The position numbers and the translations under genes were made by a program. Positions 31,765-32,000 of a stretch of 32,000 nucleotides of DNA are shown piece after piece (position 1 is the stretch's first letter; each line of letters opens with the position of its first letter). Source of the DNA: Mycoplasmoides pneumoniae FH (GTDB lineage: Bacteria; Bacillota_I; Bacilli_A; Mycoplasmatales; Mycoplasmoidaceae); the NCBI RefSeq assembly GCF_001272835.1, contig NZ_CP010546.1, positions 422,809 to 454,808 on the forward strand. Reading direction: 5' to 3'. A model generated the notes under the pieces. That model did not search any database. It was given only the letters and a program-made list of their open reading frames with translations, and was not told the origin of the DNA.

Positions 31765-32000
31765 ATGAAAAATGCAATTTTAATTGATGGTAACTCACTA
31801 GCCTACCGTGCTTACTTCGCTACTTGACAACAGGTGGAGTTTGCCAAACTACACAACTTACCCTTTAACAATGCGATTCGCACAATGTTAATGATGTGCT
31901 GAAACTTACTGCAGTCAAAACAGTATGACTATGGTGTTATTAGCTTTGATACTAAAGCGCCCACTTTTCGTGATCAACTTTACAGTGAATACAAAAGTAA
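31765..32000 (+). CDS. 5'-3' exonuclease, PolA N-terminal type (partial, runs off window)
   Basis: MKNAILIDGNSLAYRAYFATWQQVEFAKLHNLPFNNAIRTMLMMCW... with metal-site-like LIDGNSLAYRAYFA. Confidence 0.9.

Noticed and set aside
1-32000. CRISPR array or a novel multi-gene defence/toxin-antitoxin island
   Set aside because: No regularly spaced direct repeats of CRISPR size and no cas-like proteins. The only restriction-related gene is an orphan, truncated hsdS. The toxin is the known CARDS protein.

Overview
This window is a Mycoplasma genome segment, almost certainly Mycoplasma pneumoniae. TGA is read as Trp throughout, so the supplied standard-code ORF track fragments most real genes. Joining the pieces across TGA gives: cysS (partial, -), ligA (-), tRNA-Gly, a membrane protein, tRNA-Arg, tRNA-Trp, a second membrane protein, rpmE-prfA-prmC (PrmC carries a C-terminal Sua5/YrdC-like domain), a large lipoprotein, an orphan type I hsdS with a 12-bp (SAEL) tandem repeat and a premature TAA, then an accessory region of about 12.2-21.6 kb. 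That region holds a RepMP5-type copy (MPN142/P40-P90-like), a DUF16/UPF0134 coiled-coil gene, a small lipoprotein with an upstream A15 tract (T15 on + strand), a broken small ORF, RepMP2/3-type and RepMP4-type copies (P1 adhesin-like), and the full 591-aa CARDS toxin gene. It is followed on the minus strand by a decayed copy and an intact 1140-aa copy of a large surface-protein paralog, then tRNA-Arg, a small ORF, dnaE and the start of a polA-type 5'-3' exonuclease gene. I found no CRISPR array and no evidence for an entirely new defence system. The least expected signals are: a hairpin leader shared by the two small genes at 14.7 kb and 16.5 kb, with a compensatory base-pair change and identical flanks; their matching 3' hairpins; an hsdS built of two near-identical target-recognition halves and cut by a nonsense codon; and the tRNA/CDS junctions with little or no spacer. 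Identifications of P1, MPN142 and CARDS are from recalled protein sequences, not database searches.
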